From: Octopus bimaculoides
Lineage: Eukaryota
Length of the DNA: 64,000 nt
NCBI RefSeq assembly: GCF_001194135.2
Contig: NC_068987.1
Location: 4,777,281-4,841,280 of the forward strand
Direction: 5' to 3'
In this document: piece by piece, positions 24,820-36,829 of the stretch
Position numbering within the stretch: position 1 is the first letter of the stretch
How the letters are laid out: every line of letters begins with the position of its first letter
Translations under genes and position numbers: made by a program
Notes under the pieces: model-generated
Seen by the model: the letters and a program-made list of their open reading frames with translations, nothing else
The model's database searches: none
Told to the model about the DNA's origin: nothing

Positions 24820-25232
24820 TTTTACTTGTCACAATCATTAGACTGCGGCCATGCTGGGACACCGCCTTGGAGAATTTTTTTTTATCGAACGAATCGACAC
24901 TAGTACCTTTTTTTAAAAAAAACATGGTACTTATTCTATCGATCAATTTTGCCAAACCGCTAAATGGCGGGGACGTAAGCAAACCAACACCGACTGTCAA
25001 GCGTTAAATGAGTTCAAGCACAAACACAAAAACACAGAGACACATAATATATAAACATATAGATGCATATACATAGGAAGAGCTTCTTTCAGTTTCCGTC
25101 GACCAAATCCACTCCCAAGGCTTTGTTCGACCCGAGGCTATTGTAGAAGGCACTTGCCCAAGATGCCACGAAGTGGAACTGAACCCGGAACCATGTGGTT
25201 GGGAAGCCAACATCTTACCATACAGCCATGCC
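24820..25232 (-). mobile_element. Complete composite SINE B-microsatellite-C
   Basis: C module at 24820-25015, short (CA/TA) spacer, B module at 25080-25232. Confidence 0.85.
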
Positions 25233-26032
25233 ATGAGATGAACTTTTTGCTCAATAACTCTACGCACCAATCCGTCCGAGAGTCGAAACCATGATACTGA
25301 CTCGGGAATGTAACACCCCTAACCACAAGGCCATGCGCCGTTGCTTACAGATATGTAATTAAATACATTTAGAAATTGGACAAGTCCGAAAGCCATTATA
25401 TCATAAAGACTTTACGATCTTAACCCTCGATTATCAGTTTGCAGTGAGAATGAACCATGTAGAAGGATAAATTCGGAGGCAGAATTTATGAAGAGAAATT
25501 TACCGTACAATGCTACTTTGCAATAATTAGCAAGCCTGCATTTGTATCCCGATTCTTATCTATATCCTCTATCACCCATCTTTGAAATAATTCTCTGTAC
25601 CCGCCATTAACTAAAGAAAGAGCAACTCCTTAGAAATTTAGCAAACTTGGCGTAAGGTTATCTATAACGTTGTACATGGCAATCCTGGCTGGCGAGAGAA
25701 GAACTACAGTTTTGGCTCCGAATATCAAATTTTCACTTACATTCTTTATGAACTTCATCTATATTATAAGACAATAATATCTATGTACAACAGCAACATA
25801 TATATATATACGTGTGTATGTGTGTTTAAATTGCCTTTAGAATCACATACAGAAAAATCTCTGAACAGCAGAGGGATGAATCACCAGTTTTACAACTACA
25901 TATACAAATATACATACATACACGCACACACACACACACACACACATAGATATATACATATATCTACATATATATATATACGTATGTATATAGATACATA
26001 TATACATATGTATATATGCATATATACATATC

Positions 26033-26072
<40 letters not shown>

Positions 26073-26628
26073 TATAATGCATGTGTGTGCGTACGCGGTT
26101 GAGTGTATACGTGTGAGTGTGTCTATAGAAATACACACACGTATGTATGTATACGCATATTTAACCACAGGCACATATAAACGTATGTATATATACATGT
26201 GTGCGTATGAGTGCTGGCGTCTTAGTGTGTGTTTGTGTGTGTGTACACGTATACGTACACGCATATCGGCACACATTCACTGAAACCGTTTTCTAAAGCA
26301 GATATATAAATTAATAAATATTGCAAGAGGCACTAAAAACCTCAACCTTTTGTCAGTTTTTCATCGTCGGTTTGAATTACATACACACGATACATTCCTT
26401 TCCATAAATAAATACACTTAAGTAAGAAGAGTAGATACGAGAGAAGGGATTTCGTAAACTGATACTTCTTTCTGGATAGATATTTCATAAACACGAGAAA
26501 AAAAGCTTTCGCTTTTCCTTTTTTTTTTTTTCTTTTTTTTTTCTCGGTGAATAGGATGGGTGGGGTGGGGGAGGCCAGCACTCTTGTTGATTCACCTTTA
26601 TTTTATAATTCAGAAAGCAACAACTTAC

Positions 26629-26715
26629 CTGAGTTTCTGAAAGATCTCCCTGTGTGGACAGCTGTTCAGAAACTTCGTTAGGCATTTTCTTTTTATCGAC
26701 AGCCAATTTTCTTTA
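26629..26715 (-). CDS. Candidate exon (possible start MPNEVSEQLSTQGDLSETQ)
   Basis: Long polypyrimidine tract and AG, A-rich context aaaATG at 26685, and donor CAG|GTAAGT. No homology recognised. Confidence 0.25.
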
Positions 26716-27775
26716 CTTATTTACAAAAGGAATTGGAAAACAAAAAGGTAAAAAAAAATTTTTTTTTAATAAACATGTCGAACGCTTGTACTTTTACCTT
26801 GTATTTCAATATTTCGGGGTTAAGACATCGTCTTCAGGAAATTTTCAGAGAAATGATATTATGAGCTGACTTCTCTGTTCTGTAGAGTTTATGCGTAAAA
26901 TACTGAAATACAAACCATCAACTTGTATTATTTCTTACAACTTGCATTTCTTTGGCTGTATATAAAAAAATAATAAAGCAAAAAATTAAATGCTTTGGAC
27001 AAAAAATTCTTTCACAGAAGGAAATGGTCGCCCAATTCCTTGCTCTTTTCTTTCTCCTTGATGTCGCTCGTGATAGCTATTCCGAAAGTTCAGTGATCAG
27101 TTCTTACACTCGTGAGACGAGTGTAATATTTCATTTAATTAATCCTTTAGTAAATAAAGCTATCGATAGTAGGAAAGTACATTTCGATGTCCTCATAACT
27201 TTTTTCTTTCTCTCTTTCCCCTCCGTAATCTTACGAGGGATGGTCACCTGTCTCCTGTCCAGTAGCCAGTTAGGTAACCCAATGAGCAAAACTAGGATTT
27301 CAAAATGCCAATTCACCACTTTTAGAACAATTAATTTTCTTCCACAGTCACTCCATATTTATTCTTACTGCATATTACCTTAAGACTAGAAATCGCGTCA
27401 GTGACCAGGTCGTAGATGGCGCGACGAATATTCTGACACTAACTGATGAACGTAGTCCTAGATAGATTAAGGTTTAATATAAGGGTAATTTGGTTGTTAT
27501 TTCTTGCAGTACGAACGACTATGTAAAGGCTCTCTCGTAGTAGCCGTAGCGAACTGTCAGAGTCATTAGGGTGCCTAGCGGTATTTATTCCGGTTTTCTG
27601 CGCTCTCACTTCAAATCCCACCGAAGTGAATCCTGTCTGTCGACCTTTCGGGGTCGATAAGTAAAGTACCAGTTGAAGCAGTCTATTGTATAAATAGGAT
27701 AAAGGTCCTACCTGTGTCATACAGACTCCATAAGGTCAGTTTTCTGGTTTCTCTGGCGTCTATAATCCTCCCCCG

Positions 27776-27950
27776 GACGAGACGCCGCTCCGTCGTTGTA
27801 TTACTCATTTTTGCCAGTTGAGTGGACTGCAGCAATGTGAAATGAAATGTTTTGCTCAAGAACACAATGCATCACCCAGTCTAGGAATCGAAACCACAAC
27901 CTTACGTTCATGAGTACATCATCCTTAACCATTAAGCCATCCACCTCACA
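27776..27950 (-). mobile_element. SINE group D, 5' part
   Basis: Minus strand tggcttaatggttaagg...ggtttcgattcc...gttcttgagcaaaacatttcatttcacattgctgcagtccactcaactggcaaaaatgag. Confidence 0.8.
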
Positions 27951-28148
27951 GAAAGGTGGGTATTGTTGAGTATGATGGAAAGGGTCAGCTGTCCACAACC
28001 AGCAGACTAAGGGGACATTTGTTTTATTGGTCATGCTTCATGAAAACTGCGAAGAATTCTTGCAGTTCCAAGCAATGCTGATTTTTGTAGGTGTTTTAAC
28101 TTCACACTTGCACCGATCTTTTTCAGCCATGTTGGTAGTTGAGTGCTG
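27945..28148 (-). mobile_element. R4/Dong-like RLE non-LTR retrotransposon, 3' end
   Basis: IGALESISTQLPTWLKKIGASVKLKHLQKSALLGTARILRSF... is the typical RLE C-terminus. The 3' UTR matches 63071-63190 and the 5' junction abuts (AAT)n(GAT)n. Confidence 0.85.
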
Positions 28149-28178
28149 ATACTTTCAAGTGCGCCAATTATAATTATT

Positions 28179-28253
<75 letters not shown>

Positions 28254-28258
28254 ATAAT

Positions 28259-28487
28259 ATAAGGTGGTGAGTTGGCGGAATCGTTAGCGCGCTGGACGAA
28301 ATACTTAGCGATATTTCGCCCGGCGCTACGTTCTGAGTTCAAATTCCGTCGGGGCCGACTTTGCCTTTTATCCTTTCGGGGTCGATAAAATAAGTACCTG
28401 TTGAGCACTGGAGTCGATGTAATCGACTAGTCCCCTGCACCCCCCATCCCCCAAATTGCTGCCCTTGTGGCAAAATTTGAAACCATT
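28259..28487 (+). mobile_element. SINE group A, full length
   Basis: ggtggtgagttggcggaatcgttagcgcg...ctgagttcaaattcc...ggggtcgataaaataagtacc...gccccttgtggcaaaatttgaaacc. Confidence 0.9.
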
Positions 28488-29119
28488 ATGCATGAAACTT
28501 ACAACTTCTGGTATAAGTAACGAATGAGTTTTTTTAAATTATTGGAAAGCGTCAATTTTGAAAAATGTACTTGGTGGGAGCAGCCACTCCCTTTGTTCCC
28601 CTATTAACTACGTCACAGGGCTCACTTATTTAAAGGTATACGGACAGAGTCTTCAAGAGATGAGTTACTCAAACAGAAGACCTGAATACTTAACCAAGTA
28701 ACAGGATACAAGCCAATAAACGGTTTTACTGTCGTCCATTGACTGAGACGTTTATTTTCCGAGAAATATGATTATTTCACCGAAAACAATGAGACGCGTG
28801 ACGGTAAAACAATCCTTTTGTATTAAGCTGTAAGCAGAAAACGTCTAAATAAAGTAGAAGACGTTGAGGTGCAAGTATAAATAGATGTAGATGAGAAGAT
28901 TCGAGAGAAATCTCACAGTAATATAAAAACATTATCTAGGTTATATAAATCACACGTTGAATTAATGACATTGCATTGTATGTACTACGAGCGGATATTT
29001 TTGTACATGTCTATATATCTAGGTGTGCACTGGTGGAAGCATGCATGTGTGTGTGTGTGTGTGTTAAGGTATGCTATTCTGTTTCTGCTCTCTCTCTCTC
29101 TCTTCCTCCCCTCTCTCTT

Positions 29120-29170
<51 letters not shown>

Positions 29171-29689
29171 NNNNNNNNNNNNNNNNNNNNNNNNNNNNNN
29201 NNNNNNNNNNNNNNNNNNNNNNNNNNNNNNNNNNNNNNNNNNNNNNNNNNNNNNNNNNNNNNNNNNNNNNNNNNNNNNNNNNNNNNNNNNNNNNNNNNNN
29301 NNNNNNNNNNNNNNNNNNNNNNNNNNNNNNNNNNNNNNNNNNNNNNNNNNNNNNNNNNNNNNNNNNNNNNNNNNNNNNNNNNNNNNNNNNNNNNNNNNNN
29401 NNNNNNNNNNNNNNNNNNNNNNNNNNNNNNNNNNNNNNNNNNNNNNNNNNNNNNNNNNNNNNNNNNNNNNNNNNNNNNNNNNNNNNNNNNNNNNNNNNNN
29501 NNNNNNNNNNNNNNNNNNNNNNNNNNNNNNNNNNNNNNNNNNNNNNNNNNNNNNNNNNNNNNNNNNNNNNNNNNNNNNNNNNNNNNNNNNNNNNNNNNNN
29601 NNNNNNNNNNNNNNNNNNNNNNNNNNNNNNNNNNNNNNNNNNNNNNNNNNNNNNNNNTGTGTGTGTGTGTGTGTGTGTGTGTGTATGGT

Positions 29690-29815
29690 AGGCTTCTGTA
29701 CAGATCCTGTCAGCCAAATTCACTCACAAAGCATTGGCCGGCCCGGGACTGTAGTAGAAGACACTTGTCCAAGGTACCACGCAGTGGGACTGAACCTGGA
29801 ACCATAGGATTGGAT
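29690..29815 (-). mobile_element. SINE B head
   Basis: caaattcactcacaaagcattggccggccc...gaagacacttgtccaaggtaccacgcagtgggactgaacc. Confidence 0.85.
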
Positions 29816-30134
29816 AGCGAAATTCTTATCTCCCCACTTAACTAAGATAACAAAGCTCTGTTATTGGAATTTACGTAACAACAGCAGACTCGAATATCTC
29901 CATGTTGATCTTAGAAAAAGTTTGCATAGTTTCACTCTTGTCCAAGTCGAGCCACTACTTTCCTACTTTGACAGGTCACATCTCCGGTTCTACGAATTTG
30001 TGAACTTAGAATATTCTTGCCAATAGAGAAAGAACCGGTTTCTAACCTTGATCCAAGGTTCTTTCATTGGAATTTCAACATCAACAACAGGGTAATTTTG
30101 AATGTATGTATGTATGTTTGTATGCATGCATATA

Positions 30135-30420
30135 AAGCACGATTTATTCGCGATGAGAGTTGTTCGAAAACCGAGGACCCGCTGTAGCTGTATTTTCTAG
30201 ACATGTGCATATGTACTTAAGCGCTAAACATTTCTAAAGTTTTACATATTTTCACAGTTCCTTGTACTTGTAATCTTCTAATTAACTTCCTCTTTTCTGG
30301 TTTCGAGAACTTTAATTTCTCAAGATCTGCGCTGAGGTAGTTGATTCATATCCTTGTGCCCCAATAACTACAGGTATAAATCTGAACTTGTAATCCGAGT
30401 GGATCAGTTGTAAATTTCTT
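30135..30420 (-). mobile_element. RLE non-LTR retrotransposon 3' end (family 2) inside (CATA)n
   Basis: RNLQLIHSDYKFRFIPVVIGAQGY / NYLSADLEKLKFSKPEKRKLIRRLQVQGTVKICKTL..*, a 3' UTR containing aataaa, and (CATA)n on both sides. Confidence 0.85.
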
Positions 30421-30630
30421 TATGCATGTATGTATGTATGTATGTATGTATGTATGTATGTATGTGAGAAAAATCTCAATGATGAAATTGCAAATTCCAA
30501 AGTCATGGGTACCTTTTGGAAAATGACAATCTTCATTACGATGTGAACGATATTTTTTTAAAATATGGTTTTAGAACGCAATTTGTGGCGTGAAACACAA
30601 ACATTATATATTTGTATGTAATGCTCATAC

Positions 30631-31016
30631 TTATTACCTCCGCCTTTGCGAAGGCGGAGATATTGTTTTCAGTCATGTTTGTTTGTTTATTCGATATCTG
30701 TTTGTTTGTTTGTTGTCTTGATATCTCAAGAACCGCTGGATGGATTCGGATGAAACTTTCAGAGATGTTTAGCGTCGTGACTGGCACGAACTAATTAGAT
30801 TTTGGGATCGATCCGGTACCAGACAAAGATTCTGGATTGTTTTTCCTTTGTCTTACTTAATTTTTGAGAGTGGCCGGGTTCATTTTCAGTATTCTCGTTT
30901 GTGAGAGCAGTCGAGTTTATTTCAGATATTCTCATTTTAAAAATCATCTCTGGCTAATCGTTGAGAGGACGTTAGTGTTGCCTTGGTGGAGGGATGCACT
31001 CTCTGAGTTCTTTTGT
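30631..31016 (+). mobile_element. Helentron-associated non-autonomous element (HINE/DINE-1-like)
   Basis: ttatta start, 5' palindrome ctccgcctt-tgcg-aaggcggag, internal (TGTT)n, 3' subterminal inverted copy ccttggtggagg, short stem gcactctctgagt and a T-rich end. Confidence 0.7.
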
Positions 31017-31019
31017 TAC

Positions 31020-31455
31020 TATTATTTCATATATACTCAACAGACAAGACTGTTGGAAAAGAAAAATTCCTAACATCGGGCTACAACAAGTAACCTTAGA
31101 TGCCAAGAACCTTCCTAAGTATTCTAGCTGTCCCTAATAACACTGTTTTCTGGAGCTGTACTAAACTGGGTTTCATGCCTATTTCCTCCATCCATCTGTT
31201 CAGATCTTTAGCGATAGTTCTCAGTGCACCTATATCTACTGAGATACATTTTACCTGCACTTTCCATAGTCTTTGTAACTTAATGGCTAGATCATGGTTC
31301 TTTGTTATACTTTCTATATCTCTCACATTGACTTTCTCATCATTTGGGGCTGTAAAATCAATTATCTGTACTTTCTATTCTCTTTATCTACTACTACTAA
31401 ATCGGGCCTTCTAACTTCTATTACTCTGCCAGTCTGAAAGTTGAAGTCCCACAAC

Positions 31456-31457
<2 letters not shown>
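31020..31457 (-). mobile_element. R4/Dong-like RLE non-LTR retrotransposon, 3' end
   Basis: LWDFNFQTGRVIEVRRPDLVVVDK..., IIDFTAPND..., DLAIKLQRLWK...DIGALR...LQKTVLLGTARILRKVLGI*. The 5' junction abuts (AAT)n at 31459-31503. Confidence 0.9.
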
Positions 31458-31505
<48 letters not shown>

Positions 31506-31799
31506 TTATTTACTTATTTATTTATTTATCATATCCTTTAGCTCAATTACTCGTGTCACTAAGTATCGGTGTATGAGAAACAATTTCAGATATTCAATAG
31601 TTCTTTTCTCATAAAACAAAACTAATTTCCAGAAATATCCATAAAGTTACTTCATAAACTCATACGTCAATCATATTTTTAACAAGTCTTTTATTTACTT
31701 TAAGGTCAGACCTGGGAATATGTAATCTCGTCAGAGAAAACATTCCGACTTTAAGTAATTTATAATAGCGACCACTTAAATACATAACTGTTTATGTAA

Positions 31800-31857
<58 letters not shown>

Positions 31858-31988
31858 CTGTGTGTGTGTATGTGTGTGTGTGTTGGAATGTTCAAGGGCA
31901 AGATTTAATTGGATATCTTTGTTTATGGGTTTAAAGCCGTGTACCAATCATCATCGTTCGATAAATGAAGTCAATATCTATTCAGTCC

Positions 31989-32047
<59 letters not shown>

Positions 32048-32489
32048 TTTGATGGAATATTAGACATACCACAATCGCAGCAGTGCATATTCAGGGAAAC
32101 AAGTATTTGAATGCATCAAAGCATGTAATATTTAAAGCAGTCTATCAGTACATTACAAAACATTATGAAATTACGTTAACAAGAGCTGAAATCATTGCTG
32201 AACCTGTTATGGCGTCAAACTGCGTCGAAAAGACCGGGGGGAACCTTTTCATATCCACATGTCTAATTAAAATATTTTGTTTCAATCAATTTTGAAAATA
32301 AAGAAGAATTTAGAAATATAACTTTGTTGNNNNNNNNNNNNNNNNNNNNNNNNNNNNNNNNNNNNNNNNNNNNNNNNNNNNNNNNNNNNNNNNNNNNNNN
32401 NNNNNNNNNNNNNNNNNNNNNNNNNNNNNNNNNNNNNNNNNNNNNNNNNNNNNNNNNNNNNNNNNNNNNNNNNNNNNNNNNNNNNNNNT

Positions 32490-32780
32490 GAACGATTCGA
32501 CCTCAATACTAATTTTTGTAGGCATAGTACTTATTCTATCCGTCTCTTATGCCGAATCGCTAAGTTACGGGGACACAAACAAACCAACACCGGGTTGGTA
32601 TCAAAATAGTAAAAAATTTCGTCCGTCTTTAGGTTTTGAGTTCAAATTCTGCCGAGGTCGACTTTACCTTTCATTTTTTTTTTCAGGGTCGATAAAATAA
32701 AGTACCAATTGAACCCTGAGATCGGTGTAATTGACAAGCCCCCTTTCCCGAAATTGCTGCTTTGTACCAAAATCTGAAAC
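32490..32780. mobile_element. SINE C fragment followed by a 5'-truncated SINE A (+)
   Basis: gtacttattctatccgtctcttatgccgaatcgctaagttacgggg, then ttgagttcaaattctgccgaggtcgactttacctttc. Confidence 0.8.
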
Positions 32781-33619
32781 CAATAATTATACACTCTTCC
32801 TAACCAGGCACCGGTTCAAATTGCATATCTTGAATCTGTTGCTCTGTTTTAAAATACCAGTGGAAACTTCGGGGGCTTCAGCGAAGTTTACACTTTTGCA
32901 AACCTTCAGGCTAAGTCATTAGCCTGAGACTAACTTCATCTCTTTCTTTCACCATCTTCTGAATCCCTGAAAACAGCCAGCGGAGAGGGGGGTCTGCTCT
33001 TCCTCTTCTGACTAATCCAGTTTTAAAATATCACAGGTTGTTACTCAACTAAATAGACTGCATCGAGTCGACAGTATTACATCTTTGTGGTTCACTTCTT
33101 TATATATGGAGTTGTTTTTCTAAGTTTAGCAAATCGTTTTTAAGCGCATAGTGTAGAAGTCATGCATCTGATATCTAACTCTAACCAACAGCACCATATG
33201 TTCTTGCATTGTGCATCGTAAATAAAGCGCATGTAAACAGATTTATATTCTTCAAATGAAACCAGTGTTTCATGAGGCTGTTTCTAGCACGTATTTATAT
33301 CATGAAGTATGTCATGAAATACGATATGAAGTAAAACATGGTTATAAAATGGCTACATTCTAAAATTTAAGGCTGAAGTTTGTGTGTATATTGCTCTCGC
33401 TCTGACTACTTTTATGTGAGTGTATTAATGCGTGTGCGAGAATGTATGCATGTGTATTTGGAAGATTCCCCACTCGTATATCTATTAACACACTATTTGT
33501 CGTTAAAAACCTTCGAATTTTTCTATCTAAAAAAAGTTTTGCAACCCAACGGTTACATGCTATAATTCATAACTTTATCTACTTCGGGTTCCACAGTAAA
33601 AAGACGAATTATTTCACGT

Positions 33620-33985
33620 CTATGGATAGAGTAGCTGCAGATTTCTCAATAGCTCAGCATAGGTGTTCTCTTTTTCACTGATCTCCAGCTTTATGCTAAC
33701 ATCCGCTGGTCAGCTAATTTCTACAACTGTGCACAGTTTCTCTTCTCTATCCCAAATCATTATATCAGGTCTGTTGCGCTTACATTTTATTGAAGTCTTC
33801 ACTGGTACATTCCACCAGTATTCCTTGTTATTACTAGTGGCTATGGCTTCTACCATATTGTGGGTTCTTATTTCTTTGTCCTCGAGATTATCCTTCTGAT
33901 GGATTTCATTACAGAGTGCCGCAGCTACAATGTCATGTCTCATCGGTAGATATTACCGTGATGACATTTTCGGACAACTGCTTAT
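33620..33985 (-). mobile_element. RLE non-LTR retrotransposon fragment (family 2)
   Basis: IISSCPKMSSR*YLPMRHDIVA (end of the CCHC knuckle), RNRPDIMIWD...VVEIS*PAD...EKENTYAELLRNLQLLYP. The 5' junction lies at (CATA)n-CATGCAT. Confidence 0.9.
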
Positions 33986-34599
33986 GATGCATGTATGTAT
34001 CTATGTATCTATGTATGTATGCATGCTTGTAGGTGAATGATACTATATATAGGTGTCATCGGAAAGAAAGCTCACTCCCAGGACTCGAACCACGTTTCTC
34101 CTGTTCATCACACTGAGTTAACATCTGCCTCGTTCTGAAATTAAGTATGCTACTTTACTGTTACTGAACTTTTTAACTCCCTAACGTTCCCATCTGCTTC
34201 AATCGGAACTCAACAGCAGCTTATCTCTGCATCTCTGCATGGAGCCAAGCTTCTTCTAATTTATATTTATTCGTATTTTTCGCAGTTAATTTTCGTTTAT
34301 ATAAACATATTGAATCAAGGTAGAATATCTTGCTGCATTAGTCATCCGTGGAGAAACTCGACTCTTTGTAGAGTTGAGTTACTGATAAATTCGAGTAAAG
34401 CAATGGACGCAGACATGATAGTATGTTTAAGAAGTTCATTTCGCTCTTATATGCTCCCGGATTTGATCCCACATTGTACATGTATCTTTGGCCATAATTT
34501 CAGGTTGACCAATACGGTGTGCGTGGAGTTTGTCGACAGAAACTGTGCGAGGAGATCGTTATTATTCTCATTTGGAAAGAATTATGATTAAGTCTTAGA

Positions 34600-35215
34600 T
34601 TATTGACATCATTGCGACCACGGTCGAACATTCCTGATAAAGTCTCTCCACAATTCATGATTCCCCATTGCTCCTGGCAACTGCTCTTTATTGAGGTTTC
34701 TATTGTCTGAGAATTGATCAAAGAATGTTCAAGCAGGTCTTTCTCTACTGCTTCTTCCGTAAGTTGGTTCTAACACTAGTAGCTTGTGTATAACTTCTTG
34801 CTTACTTCTCCAGCAATGTCCTGCAAATCGTAACTGTGCTTGAGCAATTGTAGTTGTTATCTCCGACAAGTTTCCGTATCAACTTTCATTTGTAATACGT
34901 TCACGCCAGTTTGTGTTTTGTACAAACCTAAGCATTTTGGTATATGCAGCATCTTGTTTCTTCTCAAGTGTTTGTGTCAGAGGCCATGTACCTGATCCAT
35001 ACGACAACACTGACTCAACAGATGTTCTGAAGAATGGTATTTTGTTTTTTCTGGGGAAATCCAAATTCCATATCTTTTTCATTTCGTTTATTGCAATCCA
35101 GACTTTGGTAATTCTAATGACAATGTCCTGCTTTAATGAATTTATCCAGCTGCCCAAATATAGAAAATCAACTCAATTTCGTATTCTACAATACGTTATG
35201 TTGGCAAACAATCTT
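34600..35215 (-). mobile_element. RTE-clade LINE 3' fragment
   Basis: DFLYLGSWINSLKQDI...FFRTSVESVLSYGSGTWPLT...YTKMLR...WRERITN, LRFAGHCWR, and GR..RPA*TFFDQ...WRDFI. Confidence 0.85.
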
Positions 35216-35254
35216 TACTCCAAGTAAGAATATATATTTTCATTTATCTTTTAG

Positions 35255-35355
35255 TCTCGAGGAGAGGCCTAGCACCTATGACCCTTTACAGAAACATGAC
35301 CCGAATGCTTGCAAGAAAGCGAGTCCCGCTACAGACATTCAAGATCCCAACTGGT
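35255..35355 (+). CDS. Candidate internal exon
   Basis: Acceptor ttttcatttatcttttag| and donor |gtaagt. Two frames are open (LEERPSTYDPLQKHDPNACKKASPATDIQDPNW or SRRGLAPMTLYRNMTRMLARKRVPLQTFKIPTG). No homology recognised. Confidence 0.3.
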
Positions 35356-35974
35356 GTAAGTGCTAAACAGGATGATGGGGTAAGTGTACCGCTCAACAGT
35401 CAAGTCTCTCAAAACGATTTTCTGTAAAATGTTTCGTAGATCGAGAGCAAAAACAAAAAAACTCGCTGCAGTGTTAGCGAAGAGAAAACAGAAAGTAATG
35501 AATCAAAATCCACAGAAATTTAACCACACTTATAAATCATCTTCTCGAATGAAAATTAGACAGAATGTAATAGTAATACTGTTTAGGGTTGGCTATGATA
35601 GACTGGTTATAATAACTGTAGCTGATAAGTGACATAGATAGATGTTCTAAAGTAATTAGCTGTAGGAGGAGTTTGGGTGATATCTTAGGGGAGCAGGGTG
35701 AGTACGTTAGGATTTTGGTTAGTGAAGAAGTTAATAGGAGGGTTGCGATTTTGTGTTTGAGCGTCTCTAGAAAAGTATTAGTCATTGGGTTTTGCTTTTC
35801 TGGGGGCGGGTGGGGTATACACAAACTAGAATTTGATCGTCTCTGCAACCGCAAATTTGAATTATAACAGCCGTGTCTGAATTGGTTCGTCGTCGCCGCC
35901 GCTGCCGTCGTTTAGCCCTAGGTAAGCCTTGATCAACGAGCAGAGCTATGGGGAAAAAAACTCCAGCCTGTAAT

Positions 35975-36478
35975 TCAGTGTCTCTTCACTTAAGCCCTTC
36001 ACTCCGCAGTAAACATAGGACATGGATGACTTCTCCCCACGGCTCTCAACTCTCGGCTGTCTTTTCTTCTTCATTCCAATTGGATTCCTGCCTTTTCAGC
36101 TTTCCTCCAAGTTATCCTTACAGTGTCCCCTCTTCCGCTCCCTTGTTGGTTCCAAGTCAGAGCCTGACCTGTAATTCAGGATGTTGGCTTATCCATGGTT
36201 TATCCATTTCCACTTAGCCTTCACGATTTGTTCTTCCATTGGCACCCGTTTAACCCTTCTGCCATCTAATTTGAAGAATTCGTCTCAGACAATTATAGAG
36301 AAAGATTTGTATCTTCTGTAATGTCTTCTTAATCCTTCTCTCCGTGTTTCCGTTCCACAGGAAATAATGGACTTTATTTCAGAGTTGAAGGTAAACAATT
36401 TGCTTTTCATGGGAATTTCTCTGAAACCCAGGTATTCTTGGGAATGGTAAAGGCTGCTCCAACTTTGTCTACTCTGGC
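35975..36478 (-). mobile_element. Second RTE-clade LINE 3' fragment
   Basis: ARVDKVGAAF..., KLFTFNSEIKSIISCGTETRR, QKIQIFLYNCLRRILQIRW, EEQIVKAKWKWINH, QALTWN..., VLCLLRSEGLK*. Confidence 0.8.
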
Positions 36479-36829
36479 TATAACATATCTCTCTCTCTCT
36501 CTCTCTCTGCCAACCTGTTTATTAATTACGCTGCTGAGATAAATAAATGACGTGAACTATTCAATGTGGCCTGTAGAATGTGAATGTGACGGGTATTTGG
36601 CTATTATTTTCAACTGGTCGCGCAATCGTGTAATGAATTACCTAGTTTGTTTGATTGAGTGTTTTTTTTTGGGGGGGGGACATATAGATGGTAGGCAAGA
36701 GAGGGGGAGAGAGAGAAGAGAGGGAAAGAAAGAGAGACTGAGAGAATGAAAAGAGAGAGACTGAGAGAGAGAAAAGAGAGAGACTGAGAGAGAGAGAGAA
36801 GAGGAAGAGAGAAAGCGGCAAAAGTGCAA

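Noticed and set aside
26811-26838. Minus-strand ctgaaga...cgaaa hammerhead-like motif (a similar one at about 58403-58428 on the plus strand)
   Set aside because: Stem II and stem I cannot be paired convincingly.
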